DNA from: the human T2T-CHM13v2.0 reference genome, Homo sapiens
Reading direction: 5' to 3' (one strand)
Assembly (NCBI RefSeq): GCF_009914755.1
Contig: NC_060930.1
DNA length: 64,000 nt
Made by a program: the position numbers and the translations under genes. Under the pieces are notes generated by a model that did not search any database, had not been told where the DNA came from, and saw nothing but the letters and a program-made list of their open reading frames with translations. How positions within the stretch are numbered: the stretch's first letter is position 1; every line of letters starts with the position of its first letter. Positions 60,524 to 64,000 of this stretch are shown piece by piece.

Positions 60524-62329
60524 CTGGGAGGAAAATTAAAGAAAGTAGTCTTCCTCCTTTTATATCTGTTTACACAGATTGTTAAAATAGTACGGTTCAT
60601 TTGGACGATGTTGAGATGGAAAAAAAATATAACTTGTTCCTTCTGAAGAGTAGAGAAAGGTTCAAGGGGTTACAGAGGCTTAAACAGAACAGGAAAGCCA
60701 AAATAAAACACCGAAATTTGGGCTTAGATGCCATCACCATATTTCCTTCAAACTCAATAGAAAGCAAAGTTGTATGGAAAGAGATTTTTAAATAAATAAC
60801 CATGGCATTTTTTTCTTCTGTCAATACAATAATAAACTTGTCTTATGGGTCTATGACCACTTACAAAAGAAAAAAAAAATCCAAATCAAACCAAACAAAA
60901 CTGCTATCTTTTGAAAAGTATCAGATCAGACACCAGAAAGGCAGCAGCTGGGGAACACATTCTTTCCCACTTCCTTAGATGAAGGCTGTCTCCCAATAAA
61001 AGCCACAACTTGGGGTCATACTTCTCTCTAGTCTGGGTTGCAGTGACCCAGGCAGCTCCAGAGGTGAACTGGACACAGAGCCTGGAAAAGGGGAAGAATA
61101 ATCAAAACAAAATTCATCCAGAGTCATTTCTGCCTCCCCTTGGAACCTGCCAGGGCAGGGCAAGGTTAAAAGGGCCTTAGGGTACTCTCCTCTGGGGGTG
61201 CTGCAGCGGTCAAAGGACCCAGGGCTTCAGTTTCTAATGGGAGGCATTTCCATACCTGTCAGAATCTCTTAACAGGTTCTGACATATGGTCCAACATATG
61301 GTCGCTCACACCATCAACCACAAATGCACTCCCTCCACCTGGAGAAGGCGTCCTCACCTACCACCAACAGTGCAACTTCGAGATGAAGTCATTTGCAACC
61401 CAGAGGAGATGGATGGTCACCCGGCCGGCCAACTCAAAAGGGCACAGATAAGATTAGATGGACCTCCTACCCCACTGGTTTCATACTTGACGAGCAGGGT
61501 TTGCAGAAGAAGGTTTCATGGTCACCCTACCCCTTTAAGCAGTTCTCCTTTCCATGTGGTACCTTAACCTAAATCTAACCAACCAACCTCACTTAGAACT
61601 TCAGAACTACTCTCTTCCAGATAAAAGTATCTCCTTGGGATAACTATCTCACTAGAAACTTTCACCTGAGTTGCAGAGTATGACCACGAGAGCACTTAAA
61701 GGAGACTGATCAAAGTCAGAAAACAGATGTTAAGAACGTGAACCTCAAATTCATTTATTCATTCGATGCAATAGCTGCATTTCTAAAAATCTTCATATAA
61801 TCGGAATTCAGTAGGAATTTTTTCAATGAGGAGGAAGACAGTCTTAGATGTTCAAAAACAAAAGCATTTTTCCTGTATTGAATTTCAATAATAACAGTGT
61901 TTTGTGTGGTTATAAGTGCAGTACTATAAAACTTAAATATGATTGAGCGAATTCAGCACTCTATTACGTACAGCTTTCTTTCCAGAAAATTCATCATTGG
62001 ACCTTTCTTTCTCCTTAGCACAGGCTTCTTACACATTTTTGTCACCTTTTCACTCACTGTGTGATGGACAAAGCACAAAGCCAGTGGAACAAACAGGTGC
62101 CATAGCTTTTTCCACCACTGTGGTTCACAGGACCCCATGCTGGTTCCTGACCACAATTATACACACCACAATTATATACATCACAGTCCATATTAATAGA
62201 TGGAATCACATCCAATTTGTAACATAAGCATCACAGGGGGAATGCTCGTATGTATTGCCCATTCACTAGATGCCACATACTGGAAAGAGGGCAGTCCCTC
62301 CTATCGCTGGGCCAGGAAAGGGGTTGTGA

Positions 62330-62820
62330 AGTATTATACAAGGGGAAGAATGGGGTGCTATGGGAACCCAGAAAAGGTAGCAAATAACATAGTCCCTAGT
62401 CCAAGGGCTTCGTGAGGAAGAGACTCTAAGCTGAGATTTCAAGAATGAGGGAAAGGTAGCCAGACAGTGCAGAGAGAGGAGCTGGGTTCTAAGGAGGAAG
62501 AACAACATGTCTAAAGGCTGGAACAAAAAACAGAGTATGGCGCTTGAAGGAGGAAGTGCGATGGGACCGACGTGGGACGAATACAGGGCAACATGTGAGT
62601 GATGAGGCTGGAGAGATAAGGAAGGTCCTCAAAACCTACGGAGCCAGGCTAAGGATTCTAGACTTTATCCTGAGGACCATGAGAACCCAGGGAGGGAGTT
62701 AAGAAAAACAGAGATGTCAGCAGATTTCAAATACGAACAAATGTTCATTTTGGCTTCAAAGAGGAAAAACATGTTGGACCAGAACAACAATACATCTAGA
62801 CAGGCCATTTAGGAGGTATA
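62330..62820 (-). mobile_element. L2 fragment
   Basis: 'gggtgctatgggaacccag..aagctgagat..gaacaacatgt.taaagg..gactttatcctgagg' antisense L2. Confidence 0.65.
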
Positions 62821-63634
62821 TCATATGCCAAACCACCCCAGCTCAGCAGAGCCACTCAGCTAAAACTCACACTTTGAGACCAGCCTTCCTCAAAAAATTC
62901 AATCCCTAGGAAGTTGTTCCCAACCTTCCACTGGAAGAGCTATCCCCGGAGAAGAGCTACAACAGGAAACGAATCAGGGTAGCATCGTGCCTCTCTGGTT
63001 CCTACATGGATGAAAACCAGCGCCAAGGAGCCCATTCCTTAGCAGGGCAGCCTGCTACGTAGCAGAAATGTAAGACAGAAGTTGTGAAGACCCCGACCCC
63101 AGAGACTTGGATAATGGTTAGACTTTGGCCAGGCCTGAGATTCCTGACTGATCTCTTTAGGCCCTAGTCAGGGAGGCTGCCAGACATGTTTCTACCCACT
63201 GCTCCCAGGACAGGGCTCCCTGAGAAACACACAGGTCAGCAACGGAGGGTTGAGAACTGGGCAGAGAGGATGCCACAGCCAGGAAACCGGCACAGGGTGG
63301 GTGAGAATCAAGGAGTGAGGGGCAGGTGGGAGAAGGGGAAAGGGGCCCTTGGAAATAGAAAGACTGGGACTTCAACAGGAAACAGTTCCCAAGGGGAAAA
63401 GTGAGCAGAAGAAAGAAAGAGCTATTCCCAGCAAAGCCATCCAGTGGACCACTCGCCAGCCTGGTGCAGAATTTGAGCTGCGGTAATCTCATTTATTCCT
63501 GCCAGGTTGGCCCTGGGTACAAGTAGAAGAAAAGAGAGGCTGATCATATAAAAACTTGAACCGTTGTACAACAAAAAGCATCATCACTGAAATGAAAGGA
63601 CACTGGACTAGGGAAGTAGCTGTAGCAAATAGGA

Positions 63635-64000
63635 CTTTTTAAATGGATTAATATCTAGAACATATAAAGAGCTCATATACATAGATTAGAAAACATCAAG
63701 ACTTCCATTTGCTAATTGTAAAAAGAACAATTAGTAAATAAACACAGATGGAAATGTTCCATCTCTGAGAGGGATCAAAGGAATGAAAACTTTAAAACCA
63801 AAGAGCCTATTAAATTAGCCAAAAAATAGTAAGTCCCACAATTATTAAGATTGAAGCTAGAGACATTCTTATATCATTAGTAACAATGTAAATTGGTACA
63901 GCCTTTTAGAAAGCAATTCAGAGCAAGCTCCCTCTAACTTAGTACTGAGCCTTCTGATGTGAGTGTGTCCTCGGTAAATACTTGTGTGCAAAGACATTCA
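63635..64000 (+). mobile_element. Old L1M ORF2 3' remnant (runs off the window)
   Basis: 'ggattaatatctagaacatataaagagctc...aatgtaaattggtacagccttttagaaagcaatt'. Confidence 0.75.

Noticed and set aside
63052-63065. Perfect 14-bp palindrome ctgctacgtagcag
   Set aside because: About 64000/4^7, roughly 4, are expected by chance in a window this size.

Overview
Primate, most likely human, non-coding genomic DNA. I find no recognisable host protein-coding exon, RNA gene or CRISPR array. The window holds about 25 Alu/FLAM copies or fragments, a 2.07-kb 5'-truncated L1PA with an 11-bp TSD (the only clearly protein-derived ORFs, a frameshifted ORF2), a fragmented old L1M, two MaLR LTR pieces, hAT MITEs (MER5, MER58A), MIR/L2/CR1 relics and microsatellites. 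Most other ORFs in the track are Alu-antisense or chance ORFs. An apparently A-rich + strand, the + orientation of the larger L1s and several strong minus-strand splice signals suggest a long intron or 5' region of a minus-strand gene that I cannot name. The most notable structures not explained by repeats are four. (1) A ~200-bp inverted repeat (41307-41502 / 43312-43539; outer 86 nt 93% identical) enclosing a candidate 80-nt exon. (2) A perfect 37-bp duplication with a fold-back-templated insert at 30.9 kb. (3) Two similar MER5-like segments carrying Alu sequence at the same position. (4) Several candidate alternative first exons. I see no evidence for a novel multi-gene system. Repeat subfamily calls are from memory of consensus sequences and the boundaries of old repeats are approximate.
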